A DNA stretch of 64,000 nt from the human T2T-CHM13v2.0 reference genome, Homo sapiens, in assembly GCF_009914755.1 (NCBI RefSeq), contig NC_060937.1. One strand, written 5' to 3'. Position numbers and translations under genes: made by a program. Below the pieces are notes generated by a model. It did not search any database. It had not been told where the DNA came from and saw only the letters and a list, made by a program, of their open reading frames with translations. Below, one piece after another: positions 13,983 to 26,844 of the stretch (position 1 is its first letter; each line of letters begins with the position of its first letter).

Positions 13983-14338
13983 CATAGCACGGTTTTGATT
14001 CAACTTAAGAAATTAGCTACCTCCTCTCCCATCTTCCTCCTATGTTAAGCATTTGCAGTTGCTTCAGGCTTTAAAATTGTTATTTCATTAAATTATGCTT
14101 TCATGTATTGTTATAGGAGATATAACAATATATTGCCATGACAAAGCTATTTTATTGTTACAGAAGTTAGGAATATATAAAGAAAAAAAAACAATAAAAA
14201 AGATAAAATCCTCTGGAACACTCAATTCCAGCTTCTTGTTTTTTACTTGAGATGAGGGAACGTTGAGGCTAATTTTTCTCTTTATGTCAATTTAAAGTAT
14301 AGTTTTCCTAGGACAGTTTTTCTATTTCTTGATCATAG

Positions 14339-14490
14339 GATCTACAGTGACTACAATAACCAAGTGCTACAAAAACGCTGTGACGAGGAATCTGAACAAC
14401 AGAGATTTGAGGGAAACAAAACACTTTCGACGAAGGTCCTGCTGCTTGTCTTCAGCTTGGTACCAATTAGAGCTTCACTGGAGGTGAAAA
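14339..14490 (+). other. Candidate exon (152 nt)
   Basis: Acceptor tttttctatttcttgatcatag|G; donor AAA|GTGAGT (alternative GAG|GTGAAA at 14483); several retained CpGs. Confidence 0.35.
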
Positions 14491-15708
14491 GTGAGTGTCT
14501 GAGAATCTTAATTCAGCCTTTTTTGATGTTTAGACAGAACCTACACACAGCTTCTACCATCTTCCAACTGCCATGAATCTGTTGTTTCTTTCCTTCTATT
14601 TTCCCTTTTCTTGATATTGCTTGTAGCTAATGAATATCTTAAAGCAAACACTTTTATAACTACCACCCAGGCCAAGAGATAGAACTTTGCCAGCCACCCC
14701 AAAAGCACCTTGGTGAGTCTTGTTTCTGTTATAATCACTCCTATCAGAGTAAACAGCATCCTGACTTTTATAGTAATGGCATCCTTGCATTTTATTTTTT
14801 CAGTTTTGTCACCCATGAGTGTGCCCTTATACATTATATTTTAGTTGTTTCCATTTTAAAAATTGATGCTTTTAGATTTTCTTTTAATCTACTCATCCCC
14901 TCCCTCCGCCCATCATCTTATCCCCCTTTTTTTCCTTACAATTTACTCATTTAAAGACCCAGACAATCTGAACTGTCAGATTCCTATTGTTTGGATTTTG
15001 TTAACTGTGTATTCTTGGATAAGTTATCCTGTTCTTTTCTCCTATTTCCTGAAAAATGGCAGCACCATTCAGAGGGTTAATCAGACTAATTTTGGCATTT
15101 TGGCAAGACTATAGGAGACATGTAAACATGTCTCTGTTTTTGTTGGCAAACATTAATGCCCAATATATTGATCCATCAATTCGTTGAATGGAGGGCAGTA
15201 CCAAATAGTGATATTCTATTATTTAAAAAATTATTACCAGAATTTAAAAATAAACAGATACTTTCCTTCATCTATTATGGTTACCCAATGATATAGTCAT
15301 ATAGGAAAGGCAGAATAAATGCTTGATTCTTTCTCTTTATTTACCATCCTCTGAAGGTGATCAATTATTTTTTGATAATTAAATATTAATGAATAGATTT
15401 ATTCACATTTGTTGATTTTAATCCATTGGCAATTATTTTCCTTATAGAGGCTAAATTTTTCCATCTTTGGCCATTAGAAATCTCATAAAGTTGGCTTGCC
15501 CTATTGACATGTTTCTAGTAGTCATGACTTATTTTTTGACAAGGTATTTCAGGCTCACCTTGTACATATTCTGGCCCAGACATGGAAGCAGACATTTCTC
15601 CAGGAAGCCCTTGGTTCTTTTAACAGGAAGAAGCAATTCAAAACCACAGTCTTGTTGCTAATAATGCTATTCTAACATCAGAGTACTCCTCCTTTTGTTG
15701 TTTCTGAA

Positions 15709-16113
15709 TGGTTATAGACAACGTTTTTGGTTATAGACAACGTTTTTCGTTATAGACAACATTTGTGTCTCCTTAGAATTTATATGTTGAAATCCTATCC
15801 CCTAAGGTGATAGGAGGTGATGATGCCTTTGGGAGGTGATTAGGTCACCCTAATCATTTAGGAAGGGAAGCCCTCATAAACAGGATTAGTGGCCTTAGAA
15901 AAGAGGTCCCAGGAGTACCCTAACCCCTTTCACCATGTGAAGACATAGTGAGAGGATGGTTTTCTATGAATCAGGAAGCAGACCCTCATGAGACACTGGA
16001 TCTGCCTTGATTTTGGACTTTTCAGCCTCCAGAATTGTGTGAAACAAATTTCTTTGTTCATAAGCCACCCAGTTAACAGTGTTATGTTACAGCAGCCCAA
16101 ACAGCCTAAGACA
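15709..16113 (+). mobile_element. MaLR LTR (MSTD/MLT1A-like)
   Basis: gaatttatatgttgaaatcc..gggaggtgattaggtca..ttggacttttcagcctccagaa..cagcagcccaaacagcctaagaca. Confidence 0.85.
15711..15767. repeat. 19-bp tandem repeat x3 (gttatagacaacgtttttg)
   Basis: Units at 15711, 15730 and 15749. Confidence 0.9.
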
Positions 16114-16258
16114 AGTAGTGTTCAAAACCTGGTGGCTTGCTTTCTGAGACTTCCTTCATCTATGTCCTCCTTTTACCTTTCATGTGGACATTGACTTTCC
16201 ATCATCTCTCTTTTCCTTGTCCTATTCACTTTTTATTTTATTTTTTAAAAATTGACAC

Positions 16259-16611
16259 TGTATTAGTTTGTTCTCACGCTGCTAATAAAGACATAACTGA
16301 GACTGAGTAATTATAAAGGAAAGAGGTTTAATTGACTCATAGTTCCACATGGCTGGGGAGGCCTCACAATCATGGTGGAAGGCAAGGAGGAGAAAAGGCA
16401 TGTCTTACACGGCAGCAGGCAAGAGGGTATGTGCAGGGGAACTCCTGTTTATAAAACTATCAGATTTCATGAGTCTTATTTAGTGCCATGGGGGCAGTAT
16501 GGGGGAACCACCCCCATGATTCAACTGTCTCCACCTGGCGCTGCCATTGACACATGGGGATTATTACAATTCAAGGTGAGATTTGCGGGGGGACACAGCT
16601 AAACCATATCA
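16259..16611 (-). mobile_element. THE1 (B/C-like) solo LTR
   Basis: tgtattagt...aaaccatatca termini; perfect 5-bp TSD gacac (16254-16258, 16612-16616). Confidence 0.95.
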
Positions 16612-17218
16612 GACACATAATAATTGTACGTATTTTTTGGATAGGATGTTTCCATACATATAATGTATAGTGATCAGATCAGAGTAATAAGCGTATCCTT
16701 CGTCTGAAACATTTAACGTATAACACTGTTGGATGACTCTAGTTAAAAATAACATATAGTTTCAAATAGGAGGGTAATACTAGAGTCATCCAATGGTGTT
16801 ATAGGACATTAGAGATTATTCCTCCTACCTAGCTATAATTTTGTATAATTTAACAGATCTCTGCCTCTCTCTCCCTTCCTCTTCCCCTTCCCCTTCTCAG
16901 CCTCTAGTATCCTCTGTTCTACTTTATTCTTCTATGAGAGCAACTTTTTTTTTTTTTAACTTCAACATATGAGTAAGAACATGTGATATTTAACTTTCTG
17001 TTCCTGGTTTATTTCCCTTAACATAATGTCCTCCAGTTCCATCCATTTTGCAACCAATGACAGAATTTCATTCTTTTTTATGGCTAAATAATATTCCATT
17101 GTGTATATACCACATTTTCCTTATCCATTCATCTGTTGTTGGACACCTAGGTTGATTCCACATCTTGGCTATTATGAATAATGCTGCAATAAAAATGGGG
17201 ATGCAGAGGTCTTTTTGA

Positions 17219-17584
<366 letters not shown>

Positions 17585-20500
17585 TTATTTGTAGTTTTTT
17601 GAGGAACCTCCCTACTGTTCTCTATGGTGCCTATACTTGTTCACATTCCCAACAGCAGTGTATGAGTTCCCTTTTCTCGACATTCTTACCAAAATTTATT
17701 ATTATTATTTTTAAATAACAGCCATCCTAACTGGGATGAGATGATATCTCATTGTGTTTTTGGTTTGCATTTCCCTGATGATTAGTTATGTTGAGTATTT
17801 TTTTTTTCTTTTTGGTCATTTGTCTTTTGAGAAATGTCTATTCAGATTGCTTCCTAATTTTTAAATTGAATTTTCTTGCTTGCTTGCTTGCTTGCTTGCC
17901 TGCTTTCTTGATTTTTTGCTTTTAAGATGTTCGGGTTTCTTATATATTCTGGATGTTGATCCTTTGTCAAATGAATGATTTACAAATACTTTCTCCCATT
18001 CTGTAGGCTGTTTCTTCACCCTGTTGATTGTTTCCTTTGCTGTGCAGAAGCTTTTTAGTTTGATATAATCTCATTTGTTTATTTTTGCTTTTGTTGCCTG
18101 TGCTTCTGAGGTTTTATTCATAGAATCTTTTCCCAGAGCAATGTCCTAAGTATTTTCCTTTTTTTTTTTTTTCTAGTAGTTTTAAAGTTTTGGTTCTTAC
18201 ATTTAGGTCTTTGCTCTCTTTTGAGTTGATTTTTGTAAAGTGTGAGTGATTGAGATCTAGTTTCATTTTTCAGTTTCTTAAAGTCTAGACTGCTCTGCAG
18301 TCTAGATTTCTAGCTCCTTCAGTTCCTAATGCAGTTTTTTTATACTCTCCTGCTATTAGTTTGGGCAAAATCCCTCCTAGTTTCAGATGCTGTTTTCTAA
18401 TGTACTTGTCATGATTTCCAGTGAACATCTGTTGGCTATTACTGGTGTCTTTTGTCCTTGGGGCCCTCAGACATCCTGTTGTTTCCCTTTACTTTCTTCC
18501 GCACATACACTGATACCATGTAGATCTTATGGTTATCGGTGAATTGTCTCCACTTGTTTTATTATTTGGGGTTTGTGTGGATGCCCTTGTCACTTAGCTT
18601 GTTATAAATACTATCCATTTTTTTTCTTTATTGTCTAGCTAACTTATGTAAATATTTAAAGACATCCAAAAACTATGTGGCCATTATTTTCCCAGAATTT
18701 TTTATTTTTTCTGATAGACTGACACTAGAGAACAAAATAGCTTTACTAAATTTTCTTCTTCACCTCTAGGCATTTTAGATTTTCTTGTGTGAGTTCACTA
18801 GTTAGTTTTATGACTAATATAACTCATATTCAGTTGATGTGTAATCATAGCATAAGTGATAAGACTGTCACCTGAAAATAAGATTTGAAAATAGTCACAG
18901 GATCATCATCAGCCACACTACTGTTATATGTCATCCTTTATTTTCTTTCATTTTCCTTTTCTATATTCTCTCTCTTTCTGTAGATAATACCTTACTACTT
19001 TCAGGGTTATATGCATCTTTCAATATTTTGTAGCTTTCTTGGAGCCAGCTTATAAAGAACCACTGATGTCCTTCTTGTACTTCTCCCTAACTCAGCCCAA
19101 GTCTGTCTTAATATAGAAGGGTAAGATGCCTCATGATATAAAATAGTGACCTAATTTAATTAGTCTTGTCAAAGGTAAATAAAATTAGTTTGGCCCATGA
19201 ATATAAACATCCATTTGTTCTGCTGTATCCCCCCACTTTAGATTTTAACTTTAGTCATTAAATGTTTGGGGCTATGTAGGAGAATTATGGCCAAAGGAAC
19301 TATAGGAGGACGGTTGTTTCTCTTAGTTTCTGTAAATAACCTGACAAGGAGACTTGTTGCTTAATCAGTGCCTAATATGTTCATTTGGAATGCTCCAATG
19401 CTCAATTTTATTAGGCATCTACAAAACAAAGCTTGTTTCCCCCCTGCATTGCAATTAGTGTAATTAGAGTTTATGTGTGAAGTATCATATATCTATTGTG
19501 TGGTGGTTTTTTAGAGGAACAAGGATACTGAATTACCTTACTAAGATTGCTGGTTTCAATAATTAGTTTATGGAGAATATTTAATAATACTTCACACGAG
19601 AAAATTAAAGTTCCAATCAAAGTAGCATTGAGTTATCTGGAGCAAGAATATGTTCTTGCTTATATTCTGCCCGCTCCTCAGAGCTGACTGCACATAATGT
19701 TTATATATAAAATGAAAAACAGAGCATAGCAAGATTATAAGATGAATTTTTTTTCCCTGAGAGGCTAACAAGAATAAGTGTCATGCCATGCTAGCCCAGG
19801 GAACAAAATTGTAAATACAGAGAGGAGAAACAGGTTTTCAAGTTTATATTGCTGCTATCTTACGGGGATCAGCTTCTGTTGTTACCATAATGTGTTATGT
19901 TGAAAGGGGCAGACACGGTTGCTGAGTGGCTGGTTGGAGAGTCCCTGAGAGATTACCCAAGAAACTCAGTTGCGGCACGTGGTGGAGCAGCCTCTCAGGT
20001 GAAAATAAATTCACACTGCACGTGGATATCTGCCTGGGAGTACTTGTCATTCACTGCATAGTTCATCTCTATGAAGAACCTGCGTATTTCTTTGTCAAAT
20101 GAGAAACTGCAAAATGGCAAGTGTTATACTTTGTACAGACCAGCCCTGAGTTTTCTAAACCTGTTGTAAAGGTGGAGTCTGTAGATGGTGGCGAGAAACT
20201 GTTTTGGCCTTTTAGGACATCACATTTTTCAGCTGTAGTCAAAGTTCATCTGAAGTGGCTCCTGTTACTCCAGACCAATTTTTAATTGATATGCTCAGTC
20301 TATTTTCTCTTTACCCCCAAGCACCACTATTGATCACAAGCTAAGTTGGATCAAGTTGCTATGTGTAACACTGCCAGCTCTGTGAGCAGACTTTTTTCTT
20401 TTTCCAATCTTGGTGCCCTTAATTATACTCAACCAAATTACTGTTTAAGGAAATTCATATAAAGTTAGAGTTCATATGTAGATTTCTTGTTGTGAATTTC

Positions 20501-21659
20501 AGAGAGACAAGTGCTTTGTAGGGACATGCATGTAATTCAGGTGAGTGGGTAGTAGAAGATACTGTAGAGGCAGTTAGTGGTGTGTGTTGTATGGAGAAGT
20601 GTGAAGTTTCCTGTATTTTTTCATTCTGTCTAATATGAGAGATGTGGTATGACTTAGAAAGAAGTTTCAATGATGACAGCTTTCAGTCTGTTCCTAGGAA
20701 AGGTTAAATCTTAGTTATTAATACTTTTACCACTTACCATGACAAATATTGTACCCCAGGCTGCCTCTCTGACAACTTACATTGTTTTTCTGCTTTGTTC
20801 CATGGAAGAGGCAGCTGTGTAATTTCGGTAGCTTTTTCTGTGAGAAATGATTTTCATTAAACATAGACAGAATTAGTTACAACTTCCACTTGGAAGGTTA
20901 AGACCTAGTGCTCTATTTAGTCTTTTTGAAAGAGCTTAGGCACTAATTATTTCTAACTAGTGCGTTTCCTCTGGATTACTGACCGCTTTGAAAGAGTTCA
21001 AGTTGTTTCATTAGGTCCGTTCAGTCGTCTTGGAACTGCCAGTAACAAGATCAGGTTGCAGAGGATGTTGTCATTAAAACCTTTAAAAAAAAGTCTATGT
21101 AAAACTCTTTAAATTCGACTTCCAGAACTATGAGTTTCTACTGTGACTATGGATCAGAATTTTTTTTTTGAAGAAAATGAATAAGATCATGTTTATGACA
21201 CACAGCTCTTCTAAGGAGATTCATGGCTATATTAAACACAGTTCTGGACCTATTTTTTCACGGATTTAAACTACAAATGCTATCAAAATTATATTCCACT
21301 CCAGGAGATTACTGATTTCTACCATCAGTTTCTAGTTTCCTAGGCATTTGAACTAGTAGTCACACAGAACGGGCAACTTGTATTGTCAATTGAATTGTAA
21401 CACTTGGATGGCTCCCAGGTGATGTCACAAATAACATTTATTTTCAAAATTACTTAGAAAAAACAGAAAAAAAGCACACAAAATATATTCTTCAGTGATC
21501 TTTGCATCCCTTTCAATATGTGTCTCAAAGGTAACTTTTAGGTAGCCTGAGATTGGCAGCGTCGGGCAGCAGCCAGCTGTGGTCCCAAGCTTCCTTGGAA
21601 TGCCATGTCTCCGATGAGAAAACATGTGATGAAGACATTGAGCTGTCAAACAAAGTATT

Positions 21660-22095
21660 TGTGCCTCCCTGTACCCCTCACCTTACATGTTGTAGAGCTG
21701 TTGGTAGTAAGTGGTTGTTCAGCTAGGGACCACATTTTCCAGGATCCCCTTGCAATTAGATGCAGCCATTGATTGGATTGTAGCAAATGGAATGTGATTT
21801 GAAGTGCTGCACATCACTTTCAATTCTGGCTCATAAAAGCCTTCTACCTACTCTTCCCCAGGCTCTGTTTTCTAACAGTTGGTTGGTATGAGGATAACAC
21901 TGGGATGAACTAGCAGGCTTTGTGGTGAAGATGGCAGAATTCATGTAATCCTGGGTTTCTGTGGCTTCATGGAAGGGCTACCTCTCCTGTTCTCCTGCTC
22001 AGTATTATTTGATGAACAAGAAAGAAATTTTAATTATGTTGGGTCTTGGAAATTCTTGGTTTTATTAGTCACGGCAGCTAGGGCTTCTCTAATAA
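21660..22095. mobile_element. MLT1-type LTR
   Basis: cagctagggaccacattttccaggatccccttgcaattag..gcaaatggaatgtga..gaagatggcagaa resemble MLT1I/J. Confidence 0.6.
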
Positions 22096-24233
22096 AGCAT
22101 GTAAATTCACCCAGGCATTATACATATGCCAAACCTAATAACTGAGTTAAAGGCAGGGACAAGGCTGGCAAAGAGGATAGAGAGGTTGTTTTGGGTCCTA
22201 AATTGCCGAAGGTATCCCATGGAAGGAGGATACATTTAATTTATTTTATTTTCAAGATAAGAAAAGCTATTGCAAACTAATTGTACAGTTGGAACCAGTG
22301 TAAGACTCAAACATATTCATTCTCCCGTTCACTCAACAAGGGCCCACTATGTGTAAACATTGTCCTACACATTAGGGTTAACTCAGTAAAAAAGAGAGAC
22401 CAAAAAATTTCAGACTACCTCTTACCATTCCTGCCTCTACTCATCTTTAGTTGCAGTTGTCATAAATCAGTAAAATCCCACTGTTGTTTGCTCTTATAAT
22501 TTTAGTTCTTTATGAATGTTTAATTGGTTTAGTTAGGGACCTTTCTGGAGGTGAAGAGAATACTCTACCTGGATTTCTTTGGTCTTTGCTCCTAACTCTA
22601 GCTCGGTTCTGACAGCAGAACAAATGGGAATATGTATGAGGCTATAAAATAACTGATGTTAAAATGTGCAGGATTCAACGTTTAAAAGGAATTGCATTTC
22701 AATACAAGATAAAATTTGCAGATTACCTTGAGAATTGGGGCTATTACTGTTATATTGAAAGAATTCCAAAATGCTAAATTACCTGACAAGTTGTGCTGTT
22801 TTATGTGCTGTATTGATATTAGAGTATTTGTTTGGCTTCAGTGGGTACTTAATTATTTGTTTCTTCTTGACAGTGTGCTAGAATTAATTCATAGCATTAT
22901 GAAGCTGCTTTAAACATCCTCTTGAGGGCAAGGGCTGGCTCGGAACCTAGTGCATCATAGGAATGTTTTGCTCTCAGTTTAAATATATTAAATTAGAGTC
23001 ATGAATTACTTCTAAAAAGAGACAAATTATAGCTTTTTTTATCCTAAAGGAGATTTTTAGGGATGCAAGATGAAAGGAGCTAAACATAACTATAGGAAAT
23101 GGAGGCTGTTATCAGCATCTAGCTTAGGATGGCGAGCCAAGCATGGCTCTCAGGTGCAACTCACATGGAGACGTGGCTCTCAGGTAAAAGATACAACTCA
23201 GGTACACTTCTTTATCCATTAGCAATTAACAATGAGCAATTATTTCCTACACAGAGCAAAAGTTCTAGCCAAAGGTCCTTTTCTTCGAAAATACAGAAGG
23301 CACAGAATGAGTTTACCTAAAGGCTTTATAAATCCTTAGTTTGTAAAAATTCTCTATTAGTGGTAGCCTATAGATAAGTGTGAATTAATATAACATTTAC
23401 ATATTAATTAACATAATAATGATAAGATCTTTAGTAAGTACAAAAACTCAGAAAATTAACCATTAATGTTCTTTATTTGGTACTCAAAGGCCAAAATTTT
23501 GTGTTTTTCTTTTACCTGGAAGGTAACTGAGAATATCAGATAAAATAATTTTTTAAAAATATTCATGAGAGTGTTTTTTTCTCTGCAGAAAATGGAGTTC
23601 TAAGTATAGTAACAATTTAGTTACATAGTTACTTCCACTTCCAGAGATGTGATCCTTTGCTGTGTAAGTTATGTTTTCTAATAAAAATGATACAGATGGG
23701 TCAGATTTCATGGTTAGATATTAGAAAGCCTAAATGAAATCCCATTCTTTCATGGAATTATGTTAGCAATTTTGGAAGGTAATAGTGGTCTTACTAATTC
23801 ATTTTTTTGATGAACTCTTAAGATACATTTAAATGTGATTCTCATATTGATACTTGCCTTTTTACTAGAGGTTTCAGTAGAGGATAGTTTTGTGGAAAAA
23901 TATCTGTCTGAATAAGCCATCCTGTGATTTTTCTAAAGTGGGTAATCAGGAGACACTTGGAAAGGAAAGAAAAGGAAAGAATAGGTACTCCTACATTCAT
24001 ATGGGGCATGAGTGTTTTTCTTTTCCCGTTATAATAGCAGCTGAAACAAGCTGGTTATAGGTCAAAGAGAATAACAGAAAAATGTTACAAAATTGATGCA
24101 AAAATTTAGCCTTTTCTTCATGTTCCTTAGTAATGCCAGCATTCTATATATTTTATGGTGATAACAATGGCGGTGCCAGTGATTATCCGTGGAACTGGAC
24201 CGATGATCCCCCATGTGTGCTCCATTTTCCTAC

Positions 24234-24296
24234 CTTGTTCATTCTGTGAGAAGTGGATTTGGACAACATGTTGAAAGCATCCAAACGCAGCCCTTT
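24234..24296 (-). other. Candidate 63-nt exon
   Basis: On the - strand: branch-like aactaat, acceptor ttacttcctccaaacacag|A, donor AAG|GTAGGA; length is a multiple of 3 and two of three frames are open. Confidence 0.3.
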
Positions 24297-26310
24297 CTGT
24301 GTTTGGAGGAAGTAATTTTACATTAGTTCTTTAGTTTTTTTTTTTTTTAGTTCTGTAGTTTTATATATCGTTGAAAAGAACATCTTTTGAAAATAGAGAG
24401 TCCATTCAGCAATCTAGCATCTGTGTTTGGTTGCCACGAAGGCCTAACCATTGCCATTTCAGGGGGGAGCACAGGGGGCAGGGGGATGGGGAGAGAAAAG
24501 AAAAAGCAAGCACATAGACTGCATATTCAAATCAGCACCTCAAATTCATGATGCTAACTTACATGATATTTTCCTGGTTTGAAAGTTCTTATTGTAAGGA
24601 AATAAACACAAAACTTGTCAAATAATATAGTATTAAAATACTAAAAATTAGTGGTATTAAACTGAAACTAATAATTTTAGACTAAAACACCATTTTAGTG
24701 TGACCAGTCATGTTTTGCTTAGAGTGAATGTAATTTCTTAAATGTTCATACAAAAGTTGGTGACTTTTATATGTTTCTCAATAGTAAATTTGAGAAGAAA
24801 ATCAGTTTTATCTTCTGGTATTATGTAGAAATTAGGCAACAGGATTTTAATAAATGAGATAAGTAGTTTTTTAATGATAAACTTTGATGAAATTTTTCAA
24901 ATGTTCTTTCAGTTTCAGATATTGCAAGAAAAGAAGCAAAAAAAAAAAAAAAAGCACAGTGTGAAAAATAGTGATGTGAACCTGACAGTCACTATAGGAC
25001 TGTTCTCAAAGTTAATATAATTGAATTAATTCTGACATGCCACATTTATATATACTGAGGCTTTTTGTTTTTAAAAGAAAATAAAAATGTGATATTATTC
25101 TTCTCAACATAATAAATTCCATAATGCTTTATCTTAATAAGCAATTATCTATAATAAACAATCTTTCACTATTATGGGCATTGGACTCTGAAAATTTATT
25201 TTGGTTACAGATCTCTGTAAAGAATATTATTAAGTCATAATGAATCAAAGGAGCTTGATTCCTTTGCAAGGTGCGATTGGGGTAGATATATATTACTTTT
25301 ATTGCATTCACATTTCTCAGGCGCTGATGCATTTTTCCTATGGGTTCTTCTCTTAGGAGCTATGCAGACATCTGGACTGTGAAAAATATCTAAGTAATAA
25401 CAAGGCAAACATTTTTACTTACATAATTCTTATATCAAACATGCCCGTTGACAAAAAGGAAGAAGCTTTATCATAAAGGGAAAGTTTTGTTAAAGTAAAA
25501 AATTGCAGCAGTATCTTAGAGTCCCACAGCAGCTCCTCTTCTTCATATTCACCAATAAATTTCTCCAGTGATATGGTCTGTGTCAGACAAACTTTTCATA
25601 TGGAAAAAATCTCAGAATTTACCTTCTTCTAGTGTGGTCCATCCACCTCTTGTTTTCTGCTGGTCATTTGTCCCTTTGCCCTTTCCCTGCCCTGTTATTG
25701 AGGATCACTTCTGTTTGGCAGCAAATACACAAAAACAGAATGCCCATTTCCTGCCCGAGTGATCTTTCTAAATGCATAATGGACCATGTCACTCTTCAGT
25801 TTAAAATCATTCGGAGGTCTCTTTGTTGTCCTAAGTTTGAATTCCCAAAGCTCTGCTCTGAGTTTGCTGTTCTCATGGTTATCAGTCTTCAAGTGATCCT
25901 CATTGCCTATGAAACAGCATTTGAGTAGGAAATACAGCCTGCAGCCAGATTAAAGAGCATCTCGTGCCAAACCACAAATTTTATTTCATCTGATGCATCT
26001 TCACATGAGCACCAGCCAAAACGAATTCATTGTTTTCTCTGAATTTCAGACCTTTTCTGCTTTCACGATTTTTTTAGGTAAAAAGGATCTGTGCATATCC
26101 AAAATCATTAGGTATTGTGAAATTGCTCTGAGGCGTGAGTGTACTGATTTTACTCCTAAGAATAGGGTATGAGTTCCTATTGTGCCATGGTCTTCTCGGC
26201 ACTTGATAATATTGGATGGGTATAAAATGGCAACTTGTTTTAGTTTTTTATACACTTCCCTGATTTCTAGTGAGGTTGAACATCTTTTCATATATTTATT
26301 GATTATTTGA

Positions 26311-26844
<534 letters not shown>

